Virus record (IMG/VR): IMGVR_UViG_3300014501_000002
Location: 1-64,000 of that record
Strand: one strand, 5' to 3'
DNA from: a virus
Length of the DNA stretch: 64,000 nt
Shown here piece by piece: positions 1-8,147 of the stretch. Position 1 is the stretch's first letter. The number at the start of each line of letters is the position of its first letter. The translations under genes were made by a program, and so were the position numbers. The notes under the pieces are model-generated. The model made no database searches, was not told where the DNA came from, and saw only the letters and a program-made list of their open reading frames with translations.

Positions 1-128
1 ATCAGCATTATATAGTATAGTGCATTAAACCCTAACCCTAACCATCAGCATTATATAGTATAGTGCATTAAACCCTAACCCTAACCATCAGCATTATATA
101 GTATAGTGCATTAAACCCTAACCTAACC
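1..128 (+). repeat. Tandem repeat, 43-bp unit ATCAGCATTATATAGTATAGTGCATTAAACCCTAACCCTAACC x3
   Basis: Copies at 1-43, 44-86 and 87-128 (third lacks one C). The 28-bp core recurs at 349-376. The array may continue left of the window. Confidence 0.97.
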
Positions 129-134
129 GGATCA

Positions 135-346
135 GGTTTGTCATGTAGTACATGACAATTCTGTCACGGTCGAGCATGCATTGTCAAGCTAAAATGCTCT
201 GTTAAAAGCTAAAAAGCTAAGTTGTTGATTCTATTATATTTAAATAAAAACGAAGACGATACGTTACGAGTGAGTGTGTCATCTTATGATTTGTACCTTT
301 GTGTTGCTCGACCGTGACAGCATTGTCATGCACTACATGACAAACC
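135..346. repeat. 42-bp inverted repeat (135-176 / 305-346, 2 mismatches)
   Basis: GGTTTGTCATGTAGTACATGACAATTCTGTCACGGTCGAGCA matches the reverse complement of 305-346. Each arm contains an internal TTGTCATG-N5-CATGACAA palindrome. Confidence 0.95.
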
Positions 347-1079
347 GGATCAGCATTATATAGTATAGTGCATTAAGCTTGAGCAAGTTCATTTGATCCA
401 AACTATCAAAGCGAGCCCGGCGAGCGTGTCGCGCGCATCGGCCGCGATGGCATACGCAAATAGCCGTCGAATAAGCGGACACACGCGTACGATAGCGAAC
501 GGCGCGCACGGCAAGCTTGCAGTGCGACGCGCGCCCGGCGAGCAAGCTAACAGACCAACAAACGCGCGTTTGAATCGCTATGGCTCACTAAAGCGAGGCA
601 GTTTATTGAGCACAAAGGCTTTAGTGATTGGACACAGCACGGCGCTCTATCACACAATTTCCCGTCGGCCCGGTTTAATTTTCGAAATTTCCGCGATAAA
701 AGCCGAATTTTCGCTAAATCCTTTGTTTTCAGTGCAGTATGTCGGCCGTCGGACGTGTGAATCAATACAACATTGATTGACAAGCCTAGATAACAAAGGG
801 TTTAGCAACGAAATGCAATAAGTGCAATGCTCTGATCGAGCCCGGAAATGGTGAGCCGATTGGAGTTTATCTTGTTTGCTATCATATAGATATGGAGTGC
901 TCTGTATGTTGATGAGCTCGCGCGGGTTAGAGTCTTGGCCGCTATCTCTTTTGTTGTGAGGCACATGCCGGGGGCGGGGCGCCCCGTGCCACCCCACCGC
1001 GGCCGCCCGCTTGGCGAATGGCAAACCGCGGATACGTACCTTCTGCAGACCCGGTAAATTCTACATGCTCGGAAACTGC

Positions 1080-1108
1080 TTGACGCCCGGCTCCGGACGT
1101 GTTCTAAT
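1080..1108 (+). promoter_or_regulatory. Possible sigma70-like promoter
   Basis: TTGACG-N17-TCTAAT upstream of the rightward gene block. Confidence 0.35.
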
Positions 1109-1743
1109 GATCTGGGAGGGTGTGTTCGGGAAGTTGGCAGCTGTATGTCTATGATACGAAAAACTTTAGTATAATGTGTGCCTAGCTTGGAACCAATTAC
1201 AGACGAAGAATACGTGACTCGTATCCTTCGCGCACGGTCTGGAGGGAACCGTTAACCGATCTCGTATCGGTACTCTCACCTATTTTGAGGAGTGACACAC
1301 GAGTTATAACGGGCTGGCGAGACCCGATAGCCGTTCTTCGTAACGGCACCCGCGCCAATTTGAGGAGTGACACAGCAGCCTCACACGAGCCCGGTCGACT
1401 GGCGTAGACCTTCGGGTTTATGCCGGGCCGGAATATTGTCACGATAACGAGGCGTTTCAACGCACGCCTACCTCACACGAAGAAGTAACCGCGTACGAGA
1501 AGGAGCACCGACGTGTCGGTCTAATTGGCAGACACCCGGTTTGGGAGCCCTCGTCCGGCCAAGCGCTAATTTTTATTACCCGGTGAAATTCCGGGTGACA
1601 CGAACCCGTTTGTGGCTTTATTGTCTGAGACGCCTGGCGTCGAGGAAAGCCACCATCTGCCCCGTATGGCCGTGAGGCGACGGGCAAATTTCTTTTCACA
1701 CAAGGAGGTTCACATGACAATCACTCTTTAGGAGAGGTGACTC

Positions 1744-1929
1744 ATGGAACCAAAGAAAGGTCGTAAAGGTCGGAAGATCGGAAAAGGTGTTCGCAAGCTG
1801 TCCCATTCGAAGTGGGGTAAGTACGCCGCACTGTTCGATTATAACACCATGGTAACTGAAACCCTGGTCCCGAGGTTAATATCGGGGCACATACTGAAAT
1901 TGTCTGGACTGACGTGCATGCGCCTCTGA
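1744..1929 (+). CDS. Small basic hypothetical protein
   Basis: GGAGAGG RBS upstream; Lys/Arg-rich N-terminus. Confidence 0.5.
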   Translation: MEPKKGRKGRKIGKGVRKLSHSKWGKYAALFDYNTMVTETLVPRLISGHILKLSGLTCMRL

Positions 1930-2230
1930 GGGCGGGTGCCACGATCTAGCGCATCTCGGTGCGACGGTACCAGAACAAGAGCCCTCACACTTTCTTAATC
2001 TCGTCCGGTTGACAACCGAGCACAGCTACAACAAGGTTAGCTTCGGCTTATAAATCCTTGCCTATTCTGTCGACAGTCATCCCATGCTCTGCGCATAGCT
2101 GGGAATACGAGAGGTGCCGTCGGCACCTGGCCGCGAGGCCGAAGCCGACAAAATTTTGATCACGAGCGCCAGTAAATAAAGTCTGTAAGCGTGCGATCCC
2201 CTGCACCACCGACTCCGTGAATCTCCAGTC

Positions 2231-2304
2231 GTGAATGTGTTGTAACGTCAGCATGGCGAGTTGTGTCCTCGCCGGAGCGGGTTAGACTCCCGTCATCCAC
2301 CCCA
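2231..2304 (+). tRNA. tRNA-His(GTG), atypical
   Basis: Acceptor GTGAATG/CATCCAC (one mismatch), anticodon arm GCGAG-TTGTGTC-CTCGC, T-arm GCGGG-TTAGACT-CCCGT, C73 and encoded CCA. Confidence 0.75.
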
Positions 2305-2354
2305 CTTCCCAGGAGGGAAGCAATGGTACATCACACTAACTCTCGAGTAGGAGC

Positions 2355-2564
2355 ATGATTCTGCTCCACCAGATAATTCCCATTACGCCCAGCACACCGC
2401 TGGTCACCGTGAAGCGTAACCGCATAAACATAGACACCATCGAGCGTGTGATTCAAAAGGACGTGGGCTGCATAGTCGTGTTCAATTCCGGCGCAGCAGT
2501 AGACTATCAAGAGACAGACGTCGAAGTCTATAATCTGATTCAGAAAGATATGGTCACCGCGTAA
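2355..2564 (+). CDS. Small protein, FlbD-like
   Basis: AGGAG RBS. INIDTIERV...IVVFNSG...QETDVEV pattern resembles the FlbD family. Confidence 0.55.
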   Translation: MILLHQIIPITPSTPLVTVKRNRINIDTIERVIQKDVGCIVVFNSGAAVDYQETDVEVYNLIQKDMVTA

Positions 2565-2676
2565 GCGGTTCAGGCGTCGTTACCCGGCGCAAAGAGGGAG
2601 GCCTCATGACCTACAAAGTTAAATCGCAGCACCCACTCTTCGATGGGTGGGACGACTAATACCGAAAGGAAAGTCC

Positions 2677-3168
2677 ATGAGTAAGCCAATAGAGAATACG
2701 ATCGGACAAGCCACCGAAAAGACATGGGACGTTTGGACTAAGCCCGCGACGCCTGTTCTGCCGACAGATTTGTACGATAAAGAATGCGTCAAACAACTCT
2801 CTGAGTTCTGTAACATTACATCCGATTGGACCGAAGGTAGTATAGACGACCCTGCAGTTATTGCAGCGACGGCGCCTAGCGCGTTCCCCGAGCACACTAA
2901 GAGCCATACCTTCGAGGATGGGCCACCGTATCGCCCCACGTCCGAAGTAGACGTCGAGCGCATCGTCGCGCGAGAACTGAAGAAGGAATTAGACATCATC
3001 AAGAAGTCGTACGCGAAGCTGATCGCTGTGCAAGACTTCAATGTTAATCAGCGCCTGAATGAGATTGAGGAAAAGTTTCAGAGCGACCTAGAACTGATCA
3101 CGAACAAAGTCGTGGCCGCGTTCAAACACATCGGCCATCCGCTCAGCGGCATGGTCCCGAAGATATAA
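2677..3168 (+). CDS. Hypothetical protein with C-terminal coiled coil
   Basis: AAGGA RBS before ATG 2677; long ORF. Confidence 0.7.
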   Translation: MSKPIENTIGQATEKTWDVWTKPATPVLPTDLYDKECVKQLSEFCNITSDWTEGSIDDPAVIAATAPSAFPEHTKSHTFEDGPPYRPTSEVDVERIVARELKKELDIIKKSYAKLIAVQDFNVNQRLNEIEEKFQSDLELITNKVVAAFKHIGHPLSGMVPKI

Positions 3169-3314
3169 GATTCGGAGTCCAACGCGTTAACGTTTTGGGA
3201 GATGCAAGAGATCGCCTTTAGCAAGCGTGCAGCTTGGCGGGCCTCGCCCGCACACAACAACATCCGTTCCCGATTCTGACGCCGCGGTAGCCATGCAAAA
3301 GGTGAACCTCCGAT

Positions 3315-3527
3315 ATGATCCGTTACAGACCGAACGCAGAGAACACGATGAAGGGCGCCGCGCCACGAAATGCGTGGTGGAACGATATCAAAAGTTCAGT
3401 CTGCCTTTATTGCGGTCAAATTCACGACTCCGCAGGCCGTACGCTCGACGAGCGCGGCAAGCTGGTCGACCAACCGGCCCGCCCGGATATCCCGCGGGTA
3501 CCGAATACTTGTCCGCTTGTAAAATAG
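3315..3527 (+). CDS. Hypothetical protein with CxxC
   Basis: ORF fits the gene array; CLYC motif; start uncertain. Confidence 0.45.
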   Translation: MIRYRPNAENTMKGAAPRNAWWNDIKSSVCLYCGQIHDSAGRTLDERGKLVDQPARPDIPRVPNTCPLVK

Positions 3528-3534
3528 GAGACAT

Positions 3535-3720
3535 ATGGCTTTCAAGGCTGGAGACGTAGTCAAAGTTAAAGCTGGCGGCCCGCTGATGACCGTACAGAGC
3601 ATTGAGTTAAGCGATGTTGAATGCATCTGGTTCGTCAAAGAGACTCTGAAGGTCGGGAGATTTGTCCCTGCGACTCTTGAACCGGTTCCAGACGAAGAGT
3701 TGTTTTCCTCGAAAGAGTAG
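3535..3720 (+). CDS. YodC/DUF2158 family protein
   Basis: FKAGDVVKVKAGGPLMTV...VECIWF signature; AGGAG RBS. Confidence 0.85.
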   Translation: MAFKAGDVVKVKAGGPLMTVQSIELSDVECIWFVKETLKVGRFVPATLEPVPDEELFSSKE

Positions 3721-3722
3721 TT

Positions 3723-3911
3723 ATGGCAAAGCAAAATGATTATGCAGCTGCCCGGCAAGAGCGCGTGACCGGAGAGTTCAGTGCTGAGCTCGAGAAATTG
3801 AAGCGTGGATCTACCCCGGATGAGAAACGTAAGCCGGAGATTCACGATGAATCTGCTGATTTGTCGAAGGCCCGGGACACGATCCCCGCGGCGTCGCAAG
3901 AACGTACCTAG
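3723..3911 (+). CDS. Hypothetical protein
   Basis: Tightly packed ORF in the operon. Confidence 0.6.
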   Translation: MAKQNDYAAARQERVTGEFSAELEKLKRGSTPDEKRKPEIHDESADLSKARDTIPAASQERT

Positions 3912-3919
3912 GAGTAGTG

Positions 3920-4273
3920 ATGAAGAATTCAGACAACATGTCAGACGTGAAGAACTTCCCCTTCAAGAAGGTGATGGACTCCACAGCGCCGGGCGCAATT
4001 GCCGCGAAGGATGTCGAAGACTCGACTCCGCATGCTGGGACGACCGCCATGCCGGGGAAAAGCACTCCTGCCAATGGTGCAGGAAATTACAGGTTCAGCA
4101 CGACTAACGCAGTCGTGAAAGCAGAAGAGTTCGCGGGCGCGAAGAAACGCGCACAAGATTTGCAAGAAGGCACGAACAAGTCTAAGCTGCCCGATGCCGC
4201 ACCTCCGGGAGGAAGTCGCTTGAAGGACGGAGAGACTGAGACTTATCAAAGTGGATTGATCGGCACACCTTAA
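3920..4273 (+). CDS. Hypothetical protein (disordered)
   Basis: AGGAG RBS; followed by a terminator-like hairpin. Confidence 0.7.
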   Translation: MKNSDNMSDVKNFPFKKVMDSTAPGAIAAKDVEDSTPHAGTTAMPGKSTPANGAGNYRFSTTNAVVKAEEFAGAKKRAQDLQEGTNKSKLPDAAPPGGSRLKDGETETYQSGLIGTP

Positions 4274-4283
4274 TATTCATCAC

Positions 4284-4309
4284 AACCCCCTCGAATGAGG
4301 GGTTTCGTT
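4284..4309 (+). terminator. Putative intrinsic terminator
   Basis: CCCCTC-GAAT-GAGGGG stem followed by TTTCGTT. Confidence 0.55.
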
Positions 4310-4365
4310 ACACAACATTACAAGGAGACTCCCATGATGGACATCACCGACCCGGCCCCATCGTT

Positions 4366-4442
4366 AGGGGAGTAGCCCAATCTGGTAAGGCGCTCGTTTC
4401 GGATACGAGAGACTGTGGGTTCAAATCCCACCTCCCCTACCA
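4366..4442 (+). tRNA. tRNA-Pro(CGG)
   Basis: Acceptor AGGGGAG/CTCCCCT, anticodon arm CTCGT-TTCGGAT-ACGAG, T-loop TTCAAAT, A73 and CCA. Confidence 0.92.
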
Positions 4443-4473
4443 TAATACTACAATTTTCTAAGGGAATCGTGCA

Positions 4474-4677
4474 ATGAACCTAGTACGGAAGATCAAGCAA
4501 CTCGAAGAACGCATCACACAACTGGAATGGCAACTCGCGCAGCACCCGCAGATAATCGTTGTATCGGCGCCCGCGCCGGTTACGCTTCCTACGGTGCCAA
4601 CGTACAAACCGAATCCTTTCATGCCGAACTATCCGGTCATTATGTGTGGACAAACACCCGGATTTCAGTCTAGGTAG
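4474..4677 (+). CDS. Hypothetical protein (short coiled coil plus Pro-rich tail)
   Basis: ORF composition typical of small phage genes. Confidence 0.65.
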   Translation: MNLVRKIKQLEERITQLEWQLAQHPQIIVVSAPAPVTLPTVPTYKPNPFMPNYPVIMCGQTPGFQSR

Positions 4678-4685
4678 AACATACA

Positions 4686-4958
4686 ATGATTGATCTAACC
4701 CTTGACGACCTCGCGCAACTTGACCACGTAGCATGGGGCTACCTGATCGTCACTTTTCTTTGTCTCATGTTCCATGCCCCTTTAGATATCGTCGTACCGA
4801 TTGCATTCGTCGCGGCCGCCGGTAAAGAGTACTGGGATTGTCACGGGCTCGAGCCTATTGCAGACTCCGGTGGCATCAGCGGTAGTTGGAAAGACTTTAT
4901 ATTCTGGTCCCTGGGAATTCTGATTGGGGCATTTGTGTCACTTTACGTTCGACCATAG
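4686..4958 (+). CDS. Small multi-pass membrane protein
   Basis: Three hydrophobic stretches; H...KEYWD...D pattern. Confidence 0.7.
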   Translation: MIDLTLDDLAQLDHVAWGYLIVTFLCLMFHAPLDIVVPIAFVAAAGKEYWDCHGLEPIADSGGISGSWKDFIFWSLGILIGAFVSLYVRP

Positions 4959-4965
4959 GAGAATT

Positions 4966-5169
4966 ATGATTACAGTCATTATAGCCACAGTAGTAGGTTA
5001 CGTCACCGGGGCATTCACACCGGGTATCGAACGCAAGATCAAAGCTTGGTACACCGCGAAGTCCAAAGCTGTAGTCGTGGCAGTAGTCACGAAGGCGCTA
5101 CCGGCCGCGCCCGCGTCCGTGACATCCGAAGTCGCCAAGGTCGAGGCCGAAGTCAAGGCCATACTTTAG
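4966..5169 (+). CDS. Small membrane-anchored protein
   Basis: AGGAG RBS; N-terminal hydrophobic helix. Confidence 0.7.
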   Translation: MITVIIATVVGYVTGAFTPGIERKIKAWYTAKSKAVVVAVVTKALPAAPASVTSEVAKVEAEVKAIL

Positions 5170-5199
5170 TTACTGGGCCACGGCCCACAGGAGAATTTT

Positions 5200-5421
5200 A
5201 TGGGATGCAATCCGAAAGATGAATCTAATCCGCAAATGGGCACGCGCGAACACACCGACTTCTCGGCCAATTCCGGAGAGATGGCAGAGTGCGGTTCGAA
5301 GGGCACCAAGATGAAGGTGACCGATGCCAAGTTGGATCAGGCCGCGCTGGCGAAGGCGCGTAAGTTTATTGAACGATCAGAAAACGGCGGCGCGGAAGAA
5401 TCTGCGTATCCCGGCAAGTAG
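5200..5421 (+). CDS. Hypothetical protein
   Basis: AGGAG RBS. Confidence 0.7.
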   Translation: MGCNPKDESNPQMGTREHTDFSANSGEMAECGSKGTKMKVTDAKLDQAALAKARKFIERSENGGAEESAYPGK

Positions 5422-5447
5422 TTAGAGACTAAACAGGAGATACAAAG

Positions 5448-6599
5448 ATGCCGTTAAATCAAACGAAAGCGACTGTGGCTGATTGGGGGCGTCTGCGTCT
5501 TAATCCCACGTCACCTTTGTCCCTGCTCAGCTTGTACAACCCCCTGAAGCTCGACCTGTTGCAAGTGGTCGACGAGGGCGGCGACATGTTGCTCAACGTG
5601 ACCTACAAGGGCGTTGTGCAGCTTCTGCCAAACAACCAGACTCCATCCGGCGGCGGCTCCTCATTTGTTACCGGTAAGTTGGGTTTGGCTGGGAACTATG
5701 AACTGTTAGCTGCGGCCGGAATTTCGAACACCGGTAACACGGTGGTCACCGGCGGAAATGTTGGGTCATTCCCCACTCCGTCGATCACAGGCTTCCCTCC
5801 CGGGATCGTTACACCTCCTTTCACGGTCGACAATACCGACGCTGCCGCGGCTCAGTCTGCTGCCCTTGTCGCGTACAACTATTTCACAGGCTTGACATTC
5901 ACGTCATTGAGTGGTTCTTCGGCCAATCTGAGCGTCCTTGGAAACGGATCGACTGCATCGACTTATCTTCCGGGAAACTATTCGTCTGGTTCTAGCATGG
6001 ATATTCCTACGAGCATTACTTTGGATGCTCAAGGAAATCCAAACGCGATGTTCGTGTTCATGGCCGGATCATCGACGATCACTCTTGAGAGCGGAGCATC
6101 TATCCTACTTGTCAATGGTGCACAAGCAGCCAACGTGGTGTGGTTGCCGGGTAGCTCTTTCACATCAGTTTACAACGGCATTTCTTCAGTCATGCAGGGT
6201 AACATTCTCGCGAACACGAGTATCACGCTCGGTGGCGGCGTACTGAATGGTCGTGCGCTCGCAGGCATCGTTACTTCAAGTGGCGCAATTACTATCGCAG
6301 CGGCTGTACTGGCTACTTCGCCAGGCGGCGGTGGCGGTACACCTGTCACCGGTGGATTCTATTCTAGCCAGTGCTTGTTCGGAAAGTACTACACTCGGGT
6401 TGCTGCTACGACCGTGCCACCTCTGACGGCCGCCGCAATATTCGCGGATGTGTTCAGCCAGAATAACCAGCACTACGATATCTTCGATATCATCGGGCAG
6501 GGAGATTCTCCGATTTATCACTTGGACTACTTGGGCGTCGCATATTATGACTCTCCATCGCTTACGTACCAAACTGCGGAAGGTTCGACAAACGTTTAA
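5448..6599 (+). CDS. Putative virion protein with inserted DUF3494 (IBP-1, ice-binding-like) domain
   Basis: LGLAGNYELLAAAGISNTG...AAAAQSAALVAYNY...PGNY...TLDAQGNPNAMFVF...LVNGAQAANVVW...QGNILANTSITL...LNGRALA; Gly-rich linkers on both sides; no signal peptide. Confidence 0.9.
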   Translation: MPLNQTKATVADWGRLRLNPTSPLSLLSLYNPLKLDLLQVVDEGGDMLLNVTYKGVVQLLPNNQTPSGGGSSFVTGKLGLAGNYELLAAAGISNTGNTVVTGGNVGSFPTPSITGFPPGIVTPPFTVDNTDAAAAQSAALVAYNYFTGLTFTSLSGSSANLSVLGNGSTASTYLPGNYSSGSSMDIPTSITLDAQGNPNAMFVFMAGSSTITLESGASILLVNGAQAANVVWLPGSSFTSVYNGISSVMQGNILANTSITLGGGVLNGRALAGIVTSSGAITIAAAVLATSPGGGGGTPVTGGFYSSQCLFGKYYTRVAATTVPPLTAAAIFADVFSQNNQHYDIFDIIGQGDSPIYHLDYLGVAYYDSPSLTYQTAEGSTNV

Positions 6600-6605
6600 C
6601 TCGGT

Positions 6606-6681
6606 TGCGGGGTAGTGCAGCGGTAGCATACCTGCCTCATAAGCACGGTGGTCGTTGGTTCGAATCCAACTCCCGCAACCA
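6606..6681 (+). tRNA. tRNA with CAT anticodon (Met or Ile2)
   Basis: Acceptor TGCGGGG/TCCCGCA, loop CTCATAA, T-arm GTTGG-TTCGAAT-CCAAC, A73 and CCA; irregular anticodon stem. Confidence 0.85.
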
Positions 6682-6699
6682 ATTTTCTAAAGGAACAAC

Positions 6700-7140
6700 A
6701 TGGCATCCGGCAAGGGCAATAACAACAGCATCCTTTACCTCGGGGCGATTTTCCAGGCAGTGTTTACGGGAGTCCCAAGCTTGCTCGCGAATGCGGGTAG
6801 TCCCTTAACCAACCTCTACGTCAGCTTGTACACAGCGAATCCTGGAGCATCGGGGAACCAGACGTCTAACGAAGCTGCATACACGAGCTACGCTCGCGTG
6901 GCGGTTGCTAGAACAGTCAGCGGATGGTCTATCAGTAGTGAGACAATTGCGAACGTGGCTGCGGTCACCTTCCCGGCTTGCACTGGTGGTACAGAAACAG
7001 AAAATTATGTTGGGATCGGTACGCTCGCGACGCTCGCCGGAAACTTGCTTTGGTTCGGACAGCTTACCACCCCTCTCGCTGTCAGCGCTGGAATTACTCC
7101 ATCATTTGCGATCGGTGCTTTAACGATAACGGAGTCGTAA
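6700..7140 (+). CDS. Small virion structural protein (tail/fibre-associated family)
   Basis: LYVSLYTANPG...NEAAYTSYARVAV...NVAAVTFP...GITPSFAIGALTITE is a common phage structural motif. Confidence 0.8.
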   Translation: MASGKGNNNSILYLGAIFQAVFTGVPSLLANAGSPLTNLYVSLYTANPGASGNQTSNEAAYTSYARVAVARTVSGWSISSETIANVAAVTFPACTGGTETENYVGIGTLATLAGNLLWFGQLTTPLAVSAGITPSFAIGALTITES

Positions 7141-7144
7141 CCCT

Positions 7145-8137
7145 GTGACGATACAGGCGGCCATTACCGGTGTAGGTGTAGTATCCGGAACGCTAGGCGG
7201 GAAAGGATTACTCGCCGATCATATTACAGGAGTCGGCGCCGTCGCCGGAACGTTGGGCGGTCTCGGCAACCTTGCATCAGTCATTGCAGGACACGGTGCG
7301 GTAACAGGAGCGATCTCTACTGCAAACCCCGTGTCTGCCACGATTCATGGATCAGGCTCAGTGCTTGCAGCGCTTTCTGGAACACTGACCGGGAACATGC
7401 TCGGCAACATCTTAGGAATCGGCAGTGTGGTGGGTTTCCCATCATTCACGAAAGAATTTTTTCCACCACGCAATCCAGGTGGGCACGTCAAGAATTACAT
7501 TCTGCGGGATTTCGGTACGATGTATTCCGCTCCCGCATATTTAGCGACTGCTAGTAATGCATTGCAGTTGTTTCACCAAACTACTTTTATTCCCAACGTC
7601 AATCCCGGAACAGTTACACCTCCGCGATGGTCAACTCCGGGAACCCCCGATTCATTTAACTATCAGGGGCGAGTACAGATGCCCGGCGAGGTGATGAGTC
7701 CGCCTGGGACCGGTTCACTCAATGGTAAGATTTACAAAGTCAAAGCTGATGGAATGGTTTTTGTTCCACAGTCGGCGGTCAACGCATCGTTCAACATTGT
7801 CCTGAATCAGAATTACACCTCGTACGGTTACGCAGTTGTTTCAGATACCTTATTCTCTATGACTAGTCAGGTGCCGGTAGCGGCCGGTACTATGGTCGGT
7901 TGGTCTCTGAGTGCAACCTTGGCGGGGAATGGTGTTGGAAACCCGGTGCTAAGTTGCGCAGGCGTTATGTATGTCGACGGTGTTCAGTACGTAGGTAATG
8001 GGTTCTCGAGTCGACTGACTAACCGAGAGCCTATTGTGCAGTTAAGTCTCGGAGTGCAATTCGGTGGAGCGTTAACCGGCCCCGATATGTACCAGGCTTT
8101 CCTCAGCACGTTTCAAATCAGGGAAGATCATTTTTAG
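7145..8137 (+). CDS. Putative virion protein; Gly-rich repeats plus a C-domain paralogous to 18971-19579
   Basis: ITGVGxVxGTL repeats; PGTGSLNGKIYKVKADG resembles PGSNRLNGQVFHILASG. Confidence 0.7.
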   Translation: MTIQAAITGVGVVSGTLGGKGLLADHITGVGAVAGTLGGLGNLASVIAGHGAVTGAISTANPVSATIHGSGSVLAALSGTLTGNMLGNILGIGSVVGFPSFTKEFFPPRNPGGHVKNYILRDFGTMYSAPAYLATASNALQLFHQTTFIPNVNPGTVTPPRWSTPGTPDSFNYQGRVQMPGEVMSPPGTGSLNGKIYKVKADGMVFVPQSAVNASFNIVLNQNYTSYGYAVVSDTLFSMTSQVPVAAGTMVGWSLSATLAGNGVGNPVLSCAGVMYVDGVQYVGNGFSSRLTNREPIVQLSLGVQFGGALTGPDMYQAFLSTFQIREDHF

Positions 8138-8147
8138 ATCGGAACCC

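Noticed and set aside
1-128. CRISPR array
   Set aside because: Units are contiguous and identical with no unique spacers, and there are no cas genes.
1-376. Protelomerase (telRL) or loxP site
   Set aside because: Only a short imperfect palindrome is present. There is no long perfect dyad and no protelomerase gene in the window.
1509-1568. tRNA-Pro(TGG)-like fragment (CCCGGTTTGGGA)
   Set aside because: No T-arm, no acceptor 3' strand and no CCA.
1390-1660. ZTP riboswitch (CGACTGGCG...CGCCTGG) or hammerhead (CTGAGA...GAAA)
   Set aside because: Spacing and remaining core nucleotides do not fit; the hammerhead CUGANGA core is incomplete.
333-1720. ORFs called in the left non-coding region
   Set aside because: No RBS or recognisable motifs, overlapping on both strands, and lying in repeat- or structure-rich DNA.
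2231-2304. tmRNA 3' end
   Set aside because: A complete cloverleaf with GTG anticodon and C73 explains it as tRNA-His.
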